A stretch of 64,000 nt of DNA from Gammaproteobacteria bacterium (lineage in GTDB: Bacteria; Pseudomonadota; Gammaproteobacteria; JABHGC01), in contig JALWTS010000029.1 of NCBI GenBank assembly GCA_027077805.1, forward strand, positions 3,792-67,791. Direction: 5' to 3'. Under the pieces are notes generated by a model that saw only the letters and a program-made list of their open reading frames with translations, ran no database searches and had not been told where the DNA came from. The position numbers were made by a program, and so were the translations under genes. The stretch's first letter is position 1, and each line of letters begins with the position of its first letter. Shown here in pieces: positions 49,992 to 61,005 of the stretch.

Positions 49992-52900
49992 ATGAACAAA
50001 GTGATTGATTGGTCGGTTAACAACCGTTTGCTTATTATGCTGATTTTATTAACCACCCTAGTGTTTGCGTCTTTCCTTATTCCAAATTTAAATTTGGATG
50101 CGTTTCCTGATGTGACCAATGTTCAAGTCTCCATCAACACCGAAGCACCTGGTTTAGCGGCAGAAGAAGTGGAACAATTAATAACATTTCCGATTGAAGC
50201 CGTCATGTATGCCCTACCTGATGTGGAAGAAGTCCGTTCCATCTCAAAAACAGGTTTGTCAGGGATTACGGTGGTCTTTAAAGAAGGAATGGATATTTAT
50301 TTTGCCCGTCAATTAGTATTTGAACGCCTGCAATCGGCGAAAGAACTCATTCCCAATAACATGGGAACCCCAGAAATGGGACCGAATACCTCAGGATTAG
50401 GACAAGTTTATCAATATTTATTGGTTGCGACACCCGACTCAGGTTACGATATTACTGCCTTGCGTAGTCTCAATGACTGGGTAGTCAAGTTATTATTAAT
50501 GCCAGTGGATGGAATTACGGATGTCTTATCATTTGGTGGCCAGGTTCGTCAGTATCAAGTCAATTTAGACCCCGATAAATTGTTGGCCTATCAACTCAAC
50601 CAAACCGAAGTAATTGAGGCACTCGAACAGAATAATCAAAATGCGGGGGGTTGGTATCTTAATCGAGGACAAGAACAATTAGTCATTCGTGGCATGGGTT
50701 GGGTGGGGGCAAATGAGCAAGGTTTAGCTGACCTTGGTCAAATTGCCATCAAAACTATTGATGGAACAGTGGTTAAAATATCGGATGTCGCTGTGGTTGA
50801 ATTTGGGCATGAAATTCGTCAAGGCGCGGTTACCATGACTCGCCGTCAAAAAGATGGGACGATAAATAATTTAGGTGAAGTCGTGTCAGGAATTGTGCTA
50901 AAACGAATGGGCGCGAATACCAAAACCACTATTGAGGGTATTAATCAACGAATCCCATTAATTCAACAAGCCTTGCCTGACGGGGTAACATTTCAACCAT
51001 TTTATGATCAAGCCGATCTCATTGAAAAAGCCGTTTATACCGTTTTGAAAGCCTTAGTCGAAGCCTTTCTCTTTATTATTGTTGTATTAATCGTGTTCTT
51101 ACTTAATATCCGTTCGGTTTTGCTCGTCTTAATCTCCATTCCATTATCCGTTGGTATGGCCTTAAGTATCATGGCCTATTACGGTTTATCGGCGAATTTA
51201 ATGTCACTCGGCGGATTGGCGATTGCCATTGGCATGATGGTCGATGGTGCGGTGGTGATGATGGAAAATATTTTCAAGCATTTAAGCCATCCTGATGAGA
51301 TTCACGATATTGAGCATACCCAAACCTTATCACCTAATGATCAAGACCCCTATGATGTTGCTCATGATACATCGGTGGGTTTGCGAATACAAATGGCCGC
51401 TCGTGAAGTCGCGAAACCGGTGTTCTTCGCCGTGACCATTATTATGGTGGTATTTGCACCCTTATTTACTTTAGAAGGCGTGGAAGGAAAATTGTTTCAA
51501 CCAATGGCAACCAGTATTATGTTAGCAATGGGAACCTCCCTACTCGTGTCATTAATCGTCATCCCTGCCATGGCCAGCTATTTCTTTCCCCGAGGTTTAA
51601 AATCAAAAACCAGCTTTGTCGTATGGGTTTTGGAAACAATCTATCGTTCCGCCCTAACCCAAGCCTTAAGGTTTAAGGGATTCGTATTAGCCGGTGCGGT
51701 GAGTTTATTAGTCATGGCACTTTCATTAATTCCCCGTTTAGGCACGGAATTTGTGCCTGAATTAGAAGAAGGCACAATTAATTTAAGAGTTACCCTAGCA
51801 CCCTCGGCAAGTTTAGAAACCAGTTTAGCGATAGCACCCAAATTGGAAGCCATGTTGCTTACGTTTCCAGAAGTGACTTATGCCTTGAGTCGCATTGGTC
51901 GTGCGGAAATCGGTGGGGACCCGGAACCGGTCAGTAATATTGAAATTTACATCGGTTTAAAACCTGTTCACGAATGGGTCAGTGCGAATAACCGTTTGGC
52001 ATTGCAAGCCTTAATGGAAGAAAAATTGGAACAACACCCTGGTTTGTTGTTCAATTTCTCCCAACCCATTGCGACACGGGTGGATGAATTATTATCCGGT
52101 GTCAAAGCACAACTCGCGATTAAACTTTTTGGCCCCGATCTCAAGGTACTACTCAATCAAGGTCAAAAAATCGAGACCATCGTTCAAAATATTGCTGGCA
52201 CTCGTGATGTTGCCATGGAGCAAATGGCAGGCGAATCTCAATTCGTCATTCGACCCAATCGGCAACAATTATCTCGTTATGGTTTATCGGTCAGTGATAT
52301 TATGACAGTCATCAGTGATGGTTTAGGTGGACGAGAAGCAGGTCAAGTGATTAATGGCAATGAACGTTACGATATTTATGTCCGTTTTGCCCCGGAATTT
52401 CGCAACAATACTCAGGTGATTGCGGATTTAAGGTTACCCACCGAAACGGGGGCTTGGATACGACTCGGCGATGTGGCTAATATTGCCATTGAATCAGGCC
52501 CACCACAAGTACGACGTGATAATGTCCAAAGGCGAGTTGTCATTCAAGCCAATGTCCAAGGACGGGATATGGGCAGTGTGGTTGCCGATATTCGTCAAGC
52601 CATCCAAACCAACCTCCAACTCCCATCTGGCTATTCGGTTGACATTGGGGGACAATTCGAGAACCAACAACGAGCACAGCAACGTTTAATGATTGTGGTC
52701 CCCTTATCCATTGGACTCATCGCATTATTGTTATATTTTGCGTTTCAATCCTTAGGCCAAGCCTTGTTAATATTAATCAACTTGCCATTAGCAATGATTG
52801 GGGGCATTGTGGCACTTTATTGGTCAGGACATTACTTATCCGTTCCAAGTTCCATTGGATTTATTACCTTATTTGGGGTTGCCGTCTTAAATGGCGTGGT

Positions 52901-53186
52901 CATGGTTGAAGCCATTAATTTACGCATTGAAACAGGCGGTGAATCCATCAAACGTGCCATATTTGAAGGGGCCGTGTCTCGACTTCGACCGGTTATCATC
53001 ACGGCCCTCGTCGCGGCATTAGGTTTAATTCCTATTATCTTATCGAGTGGCGTCGGTTCTGAAATCCAGAAACCATTAGCAACGGTTGTCGTCGGAGGTT
53101 TGATTACATCCACGTTTTTGACCTTGTTTGTATTACCCGTACTTTATGGATGGTTTTCTCGGGGGAAATTCGCCTTAAATAAATAA
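49992..53186 (+). CDS. czcA: Heavy-metal efflux RND permease (CzcA/CusA family)
   Basis: DAFPDVTNVQV, NLMSLGGLAIAIGMMVDGAVVMMEN, GSEIQKPLATVVVGGL. Confidence 0.93.
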   Translation: MNKVIDWSVNNRLLIMLILLTTLVFASFLIPNLNLDAFPDVTNVQVSINTEAPGLAAEEVEQLITFPIEAVMYALPDVEEVRSISKTGLSGITVVFKEGMDIYFARQLVFERLQSAKELIPNNMGTPEMGPNTSGLGQVYQYLLVATPDSGYDITALRSLNDWVVKLLLMPVDGITDVLSFGGQVRQYQVNLDPDKLLAYQLNQTEVIEALEQNNQNAGGWYLNRGQEQLVIRGMGWVGANEQGLADLGQIAIKTIDGTVVKISDVAVVEFGHEIRQGAVTMTRRQKDGTINNLGEVVSGIVLKRMGANTKTTIEGINQRIPLIQQALPDGVTFQPFYDQADLIEKAVYTVLKALVEAFLFIIVVLIVFLLNIRSVLLVLISIPLSVGMALSIMAYYGLSANLMSLGGLAIAIGMMVDGAVVMMENIFKHLSHPDEIHDIEHTQTLSPNDQDPYDVAHDTSVGLRIQMAAREVAKPVFFAVTIIMVVFAPLFTLEGVEGKLFQPMATSIMLAMGTSLLVSLIVIPAMASYFFPRGLKSKTSFVVWVLETIYRSALTQALRFKGFVLAGAVSLLVMALSLIPRLGTEFVPELEEGTINLRVTLAPSASLETSLAIAPKLEAMLLTFPEVTYALSRIGRAEIGGDPEPVSNIEIYIGLKPVHEWVSANNRLALQALMEEKLEQHPGLLFNFSQPIATRVDELLSGVKAQLAIKLFGPDLKVLLNQGQKIETIVQNIAGTRDVAMEQMAGESQFVIRPNRQQLSRYGLSVSDIMTVISDGLGGREAGQVINGNERYDIYVRFAPEFRNNTQVIADLRLPTETGAWIRLGDVANIAIESGPPQVRRDNVQRRVVIQANVQGRDMGSVVADIRQAIQTNLQLPSGYSVDIGGQFENQQRAQQRLMIVVPLSIGLIALLLYFAFQSLGQALLILINLPLAMIGGIVALYWSGHYLSVPSSIGFITLFGVAVLNGVVMVEAINLRIETGGESIKRAIFEGAVSRLRPVIITALVAALGLIPIILSSGVGSEIQKPLATVVVGGLITSTFLTLFVLPVLYGWFSRGKFALNK

Positions 53187-53294
53187 ACAAAATCAACCAT
53201 AAGATTAATTCATTGCTAAAAAAAGCGAATAATAATATTATGAAAAGTTCAAACACTTTTACTTTCAACGATGGCAAGGTTATAAAACATCCTC

Positions 53295-55082
53295 ATGACA
53301 AATTATTCAAACCCGACGCTCAAATTCTCCCAACTGCAATTAAAACCGGAATTACTGAAAGCCCTAGATAAGGTTGGCTATGAAACCCCATCCCCAATCC
53401 AATCGGAAACCATTCCATTATTATTATCCGGTCACGATGTCATTGGACAGGCTCAAACGGGAACAGGTAAAACGGCAGCATTTGCATTGCCTATGTTATC
53501 TAAGCTAGATTTAAACCAAATCTTGCCTCAAATCCTAGTCTTAACACCGACCAGAGAATTAGCCATTCAAGTCGCTGAAGCGTTTCAGAAATATGCCATG
53601 TACTTAAAAGGCTTCCATGTTTTACCCATTTATGGTGGACAAGAATATGGCAGTCAAATCCGAGCCTTAAAACGTGGCGTTCAAGTCGTGGTTGGGACAC
53701 CAGGACGAGTGATGGATCATATCCGCCGTCAAACCTTAGGATTGGATAATGTAACCCAATTAGTTTTAGATGAAGCCGATGAAATGTTACGCATGGGGTT
53801 TATTGAGGATGTCGAATGGATTTTAGAAAAAACCCCTGAAAACCGACAAATCGCCCTATTTTCAGCCACCATGCCAACGGCCATCCGCCACATTGCCACC
53901 CGATATTTAAACCAACCGAAAGAAATTACCATCAAAGTCAAAACCACTACCGCCGAAACCATCAATCAACGTTATTGGTTAGTCAGTGGTTTGCATAAAC
54001 TCGATGCGTTAACTCGTATTTTAGAAGCGGAAACCTTTGATGCCATGCTAGTCTTTGTCCGAACGAAAACCGCAACGGTTGAATTATCTGAAAAATTAGA
54101 AGCCCGAGGTTATGCCTCTTCTCCCTTAAATGGTGATATCGCACAAAATCAACGAGAACGCATTATCGAACACTTAAAAGCAGGCAAATTGGATATTATT
54201 GTGGCAACCGATGTGGCCGCGAGAGGTTTAGATGTGGAACGCATTAGCCATGTGATTAACTATGATATTCCTTATGATACCGAATCCTATATCCATAGAA
54301 TTGGACGGACAGGACGAGCGGGTCGTCAAGGGGATGCGATTTTATTTGTGTCCCCAAGAGAAAAACGCTTATTACATGCCATTGAAAAAGCGACCAAGAA
54401 AAAAATTGCTCAAATGGACATGCCATCGAATGAATTGATCAATAATCATCGTATTGCCCAATTTCAACAAAAAATTACGGATACCTTAGCCACTGAAGAA
54501 TTAGGGCTGTTTTATCAACTCACCGAACAATACCAACAAGAACATAATGTTCCTGCCTTAGAAATTGCGGCTGCTTTAGCCAAGCTATTACAAGGGGATA
54601 CCCCATTTTTACTGAAAGCCCCCCCCAAATCCAACCCCGAACCGAGACCCAAAACGAAACACTCAAGAAAAACTCAAGATTCTGGGCAACATAAAAATTC
54701 GAATACGAATCAAGCGAATAAAGAACATCCCCCTGAAAAACTCCCACCACTAAAAATAGGCATGGAAAGATACCGCATTGAGGTTGGACAACAACATGAT
54801 GCCAAACCGAATAACATTGTGGGTGCCATTGCCAATGAAGCAGGTTTAGAAAGCCAGTACATTGGTCAAATCAATATTTATGAGGATCATAGTATTATTG
54901 ATTTGCCTGAAGATATGCCCAAAGAGATTTTTCAGCATTTGAAAAAAGTTAGAGTTGCGGGTCAGGCTTTAGAAATTTCTTGTCTTGAGCCATCCAAACC
55001 ATCGGCGAAGAAAAACAAGGCGAAGAAAGGTAAGAAAAAACGCCATCGTGGGCGGAATAAGGCAAAAGAACGTGTCAGTTAG
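53295..55082 (+). CDS. deaD: DEAD-box RNA helicase DeaD/CsdA
   Basis: AQTGTGKT, DEADEM, SATMP, HRIGRTGRAG; C-terminal DbpA RNA-binding domain. Confidence 0.93.
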   Translation: MTNYSNPTLKFSQLQLKPELLKALDKVGYETPSPIQSETIPLLLSGHDVIGQAQTGTGKTAAFALPMLSKLDLNQILPQILVLTPTRELAIQVAEAFQKYAMYLKGFHVLPIYGGQEYGSQIRALKRGVQVVVGTPGRVMDHIRRQTLGLDNVTQLVLDEADEMLRMGFIEDVEWILEKTPENRQIALFSATMPTAIRHIATRYLNQPKEITIKVKTTTAETINQRYWLVSGLHKLDALTRILEAETFDAMLVFVRTKTATVELSEKLEARGYASSPLNGDIAQNQRERIIEHLKAGKLDIIVATDVAARGLDVERISHVINYDIPYDTESYIHRIGRTGRAGRQGDAILFVSPREKRLLHAIEKATKKKIAQMDMPSNELINNHRIAQFQQKITDTLATEELGLFYQLTEQYQQEHNVPALEIAAALAKLLQGDTPFLLKAPPKSNPEPRPKTKHSRKTQDSGQHKNSNTNQANKEHPPEKLPPLKIGMERYRIEVGQQHDAKPNNIVGAIANEAGLESQYIGQINIYEDHSIIDLPEDMPKEIFQHLKKVRVAGQALEISCLEPSKPSAKKNKAKKGKKKRHRGRNKAKERVS

Positions 55083-55106
55083 GTCAAAAGCCACGGCGGT
55101 TATTGG

Positions 55107-55230
55107 AACGAAGGTGAATCGTACTTGACCCCTTCGGTGGAAGTGGAACAACTTGTGTGGCATCAATAAAATTGCCAGTGCGCTATGTCGTTATCCATGG
55201 TTGATCACGCCTATTGAGCGTTGGCATTAA
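55107..55230 (+). pseudogene. Remnant of an N6-adenine/N4-cytosine DNA methyltransferase (motif I region)
   Basis: From 55118 reads IVLDPFGGSGTTCVASIKL; frameshifted NEG upstream and VDHAY*ALA downstream. Confidence 0.7.
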
Positions 55231-55251
55231 TGTGAAACTTTGATGATTTCA

Positions 55252-55998
55252 TTAAGACATTAGACGTGCTTCAACCATTAATCGTTTCATTTCTTTAACC
55301 GCCTTTTCCAATCCAGTAAAAATTGCTTGACTAATAATGGCATGACCAATGTTTAATTCAACGATTTGTGGAATACGAGCAATGTCTTGTACACAGTGAT
55401 AATGTAAGCCATGCCCAGCATTGACTTGCAATCCTAAACTATCCGCATATTCAGCAGCGGCTATGATTTTATCTAACGCTTGTTGTTTGATAATCGCATT
55501 AGGGGCATCCGCATAATTCCCCGTATGAATTTCAATGACAGGTGCGCCAGTTTTATTAGCCGCATCAATTTGATCAGAGTCAGGGTCAATAAACAAGGAG
55601 ACTTTAATTCCTGCGGCAGTTAATGTTTCACAGGCTTGACTGACTTTATCAATTTGCCTAATCACATCCAAACCGCCTTCGGTGGTTAATTCTTGTCGAC
55701 GTTCCGGCACGAAACAACAATCGCTAGGTTTTGTTTGACAAGCAATGGCTAACATTTCATCAGTCATTGCCATTTCTAAATTCATTCTGGTTTGCAAGAT
55801 TGTTTTTAAATACGCGACATCTCTTGCTTGAATATGGCGACGATCTTCTCTCAGATGTAAGGTAATACTATCCGCACCTGCTTGTTCTGATAATAGTGCG
55901 GCTTGAATCGGTTCAGGATATAATGTCCCTCTCGCTTGTCTCAAACTGGCAACATGATCAATATTAACGCCAAGAAAAATAGGTGATGATTTACTCAT
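55252..55998 (-). CDS. pdxJ: Pyridoxine 5'-phosphate synthase
   Basis: [39 protein letters not shown]. Confidence 0.97.
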   Translation of the reverse strand: MSKSSPIFLGVNIDHVASLRQARGTLYPEPIQAALLSEQAGADSITLHLREDRRHIQARDVAYLKTILQTRMNLEMAMTDEMLAIACQTKPSDCCFVPERRQELTTEGGLDVIRQIDKVSQACETLTAAGIKVSLFIDPDSDQIDAANKTGAPVIEIHTGNYADAPNAIIKQQALDKIIAAAEYADSLGLQVNAGHGLHYHCVQDIARIPQIVELNIGHAIISQAIFTGLEKAVKEMKRLMVEARLMS

Positions 55999-56087
55999 TG
56001 ATTTGCTTCTTCATCTAAAATAACGATACTCTCCATTTCTAGTTCTAATTTCTATTGTATAATATTATCAATAATATTAACGGAATT

Positions 56088-57044
56088 TTATTGCAGTTCT
56101 TGCTGAAACCAAACGATTTTTTTGACTTTCACCCAGAGTTTTAATAATACCTGAGTTTCTAATAAGGATTCAATATCTTGACGAGCTTTTTTCCCAATTA
56201 TTTTTAAACCCTCACCTTTTTTGCCAATCACTATCTTTTTCTGACCATCCGTCATGACATAAATCACTGCCTCAATAATCATTAGCGTGTTTTTTTGTTG
56301 AAACCGTTCAATTTCAACATTCAGTTCATAAGGCAATTCTTGCCCTAAATAACGGGTTAACTTTTCACGGATAATTTCTGAGACTAAAAATCGTTCGGAA
56401 CGATCCGTCCATTGTTCTTTCGGAAAAATATGGGCTTGTTGTGGTAGTAATTGAAAAATATGTTGTTGCAAAATTTCAAGATTTTTTTGTTTTTTCGCAG
56501 AAATGGGGACCACTGCCGTCATTGAACCCAACTCTGAAAATCGCTGCATAACGGGTAAGAGTTCTGTCTTATCTTTTATTTTGTCAATTTTATTAATCAC
56601 GGCAATAATCGGACGCTTAAATGCCGATAAAGAATCTAAAATATCGTCTTCTTCTTTGGTCCAATGTTGACCATCAAATAACCACAAAACTAAATCAACA
56701 TCCGCTAATACGGATAATGCGGTACGATTTAAATAATGATTTAATGATTTATTCGGATTGAGTTGTGGGTGAATGCCGGGCGTATCAATATAAACCATCT
56801 GATATTGCTCAATCGTTTGAATACCCAAAATTTGGTGTCGGGTTGTTTGAGCTTTTCTTGCGGTAATACTCACTTTTGCCCCAATCAAGGCATTAATTAA
56901 CGTCGATTTACCCACATTAGGACGACCAATAATCGAAATAAAACCACAGTAACTTGCTTGATTTTTAGTTTGACTTTGGAGTTGACTTTTGCTTTTGGTT
57001 TTAATTTCAGTGTCAGTTTTAGTTTTATTCATTGGCTTTCGCAT
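56088..57044 (-). CDS. era: GTPase Era
   Basis: GRPNVGKST, DTPG, NKID, KH domain IVIGKKG; C-terminus diverged. Confidence 0.95.
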   Translation of the reverse strand: MRKPMNKTKTDTEIKTKSKSQLQSQTKNQASYCGFISIIGRPNVGKSTLINALIGAKVSITARKAQTTRHQILGIQTIEQYQMVYIDTPGIHPQLNPNKSLNHYLNRTALSVLADVDLVLWLFDGQHWTKEEDDILDSLSAFKRPIIAVINKIDKIKDKTELLPVMQRFSELGSMTAVVPISAKKQKNLEILQQHIFQLLPQQAHIFPKEQWTDRSERFLVSEIIREKLTRYLGQELPYELNVEIERFQQKNTLMIIEAVIYVMTDGQKKIVIGKKGEGLKIIGKKARQDIESLLETQVLLKLWVKVKKIVWFQQELQ

Positions 57045-57747
57045 CCATTGCTTTAATTTTTGCTAAAGCAAGTTTTGCAGTGATTTGTTCGGCTTTACGA
57101 CGGCTACTGCTCGAACCAATGGTGACGAAATCTAACGCATCAACTTGACAATGAACTTGGAATTGTTGCTGATGTGGTTTTCCTGTAATTTTCGTCACAA
57201 TATATTCAGGAATGGCGAGTTTTCTTGCTTGTAGATATTCTTGTAAACGGGTTTTAGGGTCTTTTTCAATTAAGGTTAAGTTTTTGAGCTTGTCTTGATA
57301 TAAATGCAAGATCACTTGTTGAGAAGCGTGAATATCTTTATCTAAAAATACCGCTCCAAAAATGGCTTCAGTGGCATCGGCTAAAATTGATGCTCGGTTA
57401 AATCCCCCACTTTTTAGCTCACCTGAACCTAGAATGAGAAAATCGCTTAACTGCATAGATTTGGCAATATCGGCTAAGGTTTCTTTTTTTACTAATGACG
57501 CTCGTAACCGACTCAATTGCCCTTCGTCCAAATCAGGAAATTGGTGATACAGTTGTTCTGCTATGATGAAACCTAATATGGCATCGCCTAAAAATTCTAA
57601 ACGTTCATTATGGCCTGCCGGGTGATTTTTCACACTACGATGTGTGAGTGCCTCTCGTAATAACTGTGAATCAACAAAGGTATAATTTAAATGATGATAT
57701 AATTTTTTCAGTGGCAGTGGCAGTGGCACAGATTTTGATGCTTTCAT
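57025..57747 (-). CDS. rnc: Ribonuclease III
   Basis: NERLEFLGDAIL signature; dsRBD KDPKTRLQE. Confidence 0.97.
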   Translation of the reverse strand: MKASKSVPLPLPLKKLYHHLNYTFVDSQLLREALTHRSVKNHPAGHNERLEFLGDAILGFIIAEQLYHQFPDLDEGQLSRLRASLVKKETLADIAKSMQLSDFLILGSGELKSGGFNRASILADATEAIFGAVFLDKDIHASQQVILHLYQDKLKNLTLIEKDPKTRLQEYLQARKLAIPEYIVTKITGKPHQQQFQVHCQVDALDFVTIGSSSSRRKAEQITAKLALAKIKAMDAKANE

Positions 57748-57759
57748 GGTTGGTATGAC

Positions 57760-57793
57760 TGGGACAAACGCAAACGCTTTCGCATCTGCCCCA
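57760..57793 (-). promoter_or_regulatory. RNA hairpin in the rnc leader (rncO-like)
   Basis: UGGGGCAGAUGCGAA-AGCG-UUUGCGUUUGUCCCA: 15-bp stem with 4 G-U pairs that form only on the transcribed strand. Confidence 0.6.
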
Positions 57794-57812
57794 AAAAATT
57801 TTAAAGTCCCAA

Positions 57813-58196
57813 TTATTTCATTTCATTTTCAAACTTAAATACAGCGACGCCATCTAAGTTACTCATGATATTAAAACGTTTTTCATACTCAACGGTTACT
57901 TTAATGACCCCCCCTTCTTTTTTAACTTTCACTTGATCTTTATTACGAGTATGGACAGTATCAAGCGGAATATCTTCAATATCCCAACGTTTTTGCAACA
58001 AAGATTTAATTCTTTTTGTTGATTCTTGCTCAATGCCAGAAATTTCAGAGAGTGAATCAACGCCCCGTTTTACCTTATAAGATTCCATATAATGAGGGCT
58101 TATTTTCATTATCATTAAGGAAAAAAATGCAATCAATCCTAAAATAATTACAATACTAATAAACGTTAAACCTTGTTGTTGTTTTATTAATTTCAT
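57813..58196 (-). CDS. DUF4845-family protein
   Basis: QQGLTFIS pilin-like N-terminus; conserved position between lepB and rnc. Confidence 0.85.
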   Translation of the reverse strand: MKLIKQQQGLTFISIVIILGLIAFFSLMIMKISPHYMESYKVKRGVDSLSEISGIEQESTKRIKSLLQKRWDIEDIPLDTVHTRNKDQVKVKKEGGVIKVTVEYEKRFNIMSNLDGVAVFKFENEMK

Positions 58197-58261
58197 TGGT
58201 GTTATCTCCTATCCTATGACGAATGACTAATTAAATATTTGATTCATGTTAATGACTTAGA

Positions 58262-59035
58262 TTACTTAATGCTTAAACCAATTCGACCCCAATCAGGCCC
58301 ACTATTACTCATATCCCAATTCATCCATACTAAAACCGCCTTACCCACTAAATTTTCCTCTGGCACCATTCCCCAAAAACGACTATCGTTACTATTGTCT
58401 CGATTATCACCCATCATAAAATAATAACCGTCAGGGACGGTCCATTCTCCTTGTAGAATTGGCTTATTTTTTTGGATCAGAATCTCATGCGTAACCCCCG
58501 TTAGTGTTTCTTGTCGATGTTCCGCACCTGTCATCACCGCACCACCGCCAACCCCAACATAAGTGTCAAGATAAGTTTGAGCTTGTGGCTGACCATTAAT
58601 ATAGAGGGTTTTGTTATAATATACAATAGTGTCGCCAGGTACGCCAATGACCCGTTTAATATAATCCAAAGAAGGATTTTCAGGATAACGAAACACCACC
58701 ACATCGCCCCGCTCAGGGAGTGCAATTGGAATGACTTTTTTATGAACAGCTGGCAAGCGAATGCCATAGATATATTTATTGACTAAAATAAAATCGCCTA
58801 CTAATAAGGTAGGCATCATGGAACCCGAAGGAATACGAAAAGGTTCAATTAAAAACGAACGTAATAACAATACAATTAATATAATAGGAAAAAAAGAACG
58901 AGCATATTCGACAATAATCGGTTCTTTCCTTTTTTCCTTTTTACGACGTTTGGCAAAAAACCAAGCATCGATAGCCCAAATTATTCCAGTAAGAAATGTT
59001 GCTAATACTAAGAATGTAGAAAAATCGGCACTCAT
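58262..59035 (-). CDS. lepB: Signal peptidase I
   Basis: EPFRIPSGSMMPTL, YIKRVIG, GDNRDNSNDSRFWG; ATG 59035 with AGGA RBS. Confidence 0.96.
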   Translation of the reverse strand: MSADFSTFLVLATFLTGIIWAIDAWFFAKRRKKEKRKEPIIVEYARSFFPIILIVLLLRSFLIEPFRIPSGSMMPTLLVGDFILVNKYIYGIRLPAVHKKVIPIALPERGDVVVFRYPENPSLDYIKRVIGVPGDTIVYYNKTLYINGQPQAQTYLDTYVGVGGGAVMTGAEHRQETLTGVTHEILIQKNKPILQGEWTVPDGYYFMMGDNRDNSNDSRFWGMVPEENLVGKAVLVWMNWDMSNSGPDWGRIGLSIK

Positions 59036-59114
59036 ATTTGTCCTTTGTTTAATATTTAAAAAATATTCAATCCAATCATATATCATTTAAAACTACTGAT
59101 TATTTTTAGTTATT

Positions 59115-60917
59115 TTATTCGTTATCAACCTGTAAAACCGCTAAAAAAGCCGTTTGTGGTATTTCGATTTTCCCCACTTGCTTCATACGTTTTTTCCCCG
59201 CTTTTTGTTTTTCCAATAGCTTACGTTTTCGAGTAATATCGCCACCATAACATTTTGCCGTTACATTTTTACGCAACGCTTTCACTGAGGAACGGGCAAT
59301 AATATGCGAACCTATCGCTGCTTGAATCGCAACTTCAAACATTTGTCTTGGAATTAACGCTTTCATCTTCTCAGTTAATTCCCGCCCTCGACGTTGACTA
59401 TGTTCATGAGGCACAATAATAGACAAGGCATCCACTTTTTCACCATTAATCAAAATATCTAGTTTGACCAAAGGGGCCGCTTGAAAGCGAACAAACTCAT
59501 AATCAAACGAGGCATAACCTCGACTCACGGATTTTAACCTGTCAAAAAAATCTAATACCACCTCATTCATTGGCATTTCGTAAGTGACTGAAATTTGATT
59601 CCCTAAATATTGCAAATGAGTTTGTACGCCTCGTTTTTCAATACACAAGGTCATCACTGCTCCCAAATAATCTTTAGGTAATAACAAATGTGCCGCAATA
59701 ATGGGTTCTCGAATTTCCAGAATGGTTGAAGGATCAGGCAATTTGGCAGGGTTATCGACTTTAAGAACGTCTTGGTTTTTATTGACGACTTCATAAATCA
59801 CAGTAGGCGCGGTAGTAATTAAATCCAAATCATATTCTCGTTCCAGTCGCTCTTGCACAATTTCCATATGCAACATCCCCAAAAAACCACAGCGAAAACC
59901 AAATCCTAAGGCTTGTGAGGTTTCAGGTTCATAATGTAATGCGGCATCATTTAAACGTAACTTTGACAACGCGTCACGAAAATCCTCATAATCATCGGAA
60001 TCCACAGGATACATGCCAGCAAATACTCTAGGTTGTATGGTTTCAAATCCAGGTAAGGCTTGCGTGACGGGATTTTTCGCATCGGTAAAGGTATCCCCCA
60101 CAGGGGCACCGTCAATTTCCTTAATTCCTGCCATAACAAACCCAACTTCACCCGCATATAACGCTTCTTTCGGTTCTGATTTCGGGGTAAAAATACCGAC
60201 TTGTTCTACTTGAAATACACGACCCGTTGACATCCCTAAAATTTTTTGTTTTTTATGAATACTACCTTGTACCATTCGTACCAAAGAAATCACTCCAACA
60301 AAATTATCAAACCAAGAATCAATAATTAATGCTTGCAAAGGCTCTTGACGACTTCCTTCCGGTGCGGGAATCATTTCAACAATTTGTTCTAAAACCGCCT
60401 CGACGCCTTGTCCTGTTTTCGCACTAATCGCAAGGGTATTCTCCGTTTCTAAGCCAATCACTTCTTCAATTTCTTGTTTCACTCGTTCAGGTTCTGCGGA
60501 AGGTAAGTCGATTTTATTTAAAACGGGTAAGACGTCTAAATCTTGCTCAATGGCGGTGTAACAATTTGCCACACTTTGAGCTTCCACACCTTGAGCGGCA
60601 TCAACGACCAACAAAGCACCTTCACAAGCCGCCAAAGAACGAGAGACTTCATAGGAAAAATCGACATGCCCAGGTGTATCAATGAGATTTAATTGGTAAC
60701 ATTGCCCATCTTGTGCCTGATAAAACAAGGTAACACTTTGGGCTTTGATGGTAATTCCCCGTTCTTTTTCTAGCGCCATTGAGTCTAGGACTTGATCTTG
60801 CATTTCTCTCTCCGTTAAACCACCACAAATCTGAATAAAACGATCAGCTAGGGTTGATTTCCCATGATCAATATGAGCAATAATAGAAAAGTTACGGATC
60901 AATTCCATTGCGGGCAT
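59115..60917 (-). CDS. lepA: Translation elongation factor 4 (LepA)
   Basis: [20 protein letters not shown]; [18 protein letters not shown]. Confidence 0.98.
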   Translation of the reverse strand: MPAMELIRNFSIIAHIDHGKSTLADRFIQICGGLTEREMQDQVLDSMALEKERGITIKAQSVTLFYQAQDGQCYQLNLIDTPGHVDFSYEVSRSLAACEGALLVVDAAQGVEAQSVANCYTAIEQDLDVLPVLNKIDLPSAEPERVKQEIEEVIGLETENTLAISAKTGQGVEAVLEQIVEMIPAPEGSRQEPLQALIIDSWFDNFVGVISLVRMVQGSIHKKQKILGMSTGRVFQVEQVGIFTPKSEPKEALYAGEVGFVMAGIKEIDGAPVGDTFTDAKNPVTQALPGFETIQPRVFAGMYPVDSDDYEDFRDALSKLRLNDAALHYEPETSQALGFGFRCGFLGMLHMEIVQERLEREYDLDLITTAPTVIYEVVNKNQDVLKVDNPAKLPDPSTILEIREPIIAAHLLLPKDYLGAVMTLCIEKRGVQTHLQYLGNQISVTYEMPMNEVVLDFFDRLKSVSRGYASFDYEFVRFQAAPLVKLDILINGEKVDALSIIVPHEHSQRRGRELTEKMKALIPRQMFEVAIQAAIGSHIIARSSVKALRKNVTAKCYGGDITRKRKLLEKQKAGKKRMKQVGKIEIPQTAFLAVLQVDNE

Positions 60918-61005
60918 TGAATTTTCCTGTTCAAAATCTCTAAAAACTTGACATCATCCCATGATATGATAAGTTTTGCAATCCCAACGCTAAGGTTTTG
61001 ATTAA

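Noticed and set aside
47000-55000. Apparent shift to C-richer plus strand (inversion or HGT)
   Set aside because: Only a visual impression; a GC-skew and codon-usage calculation would be needed.
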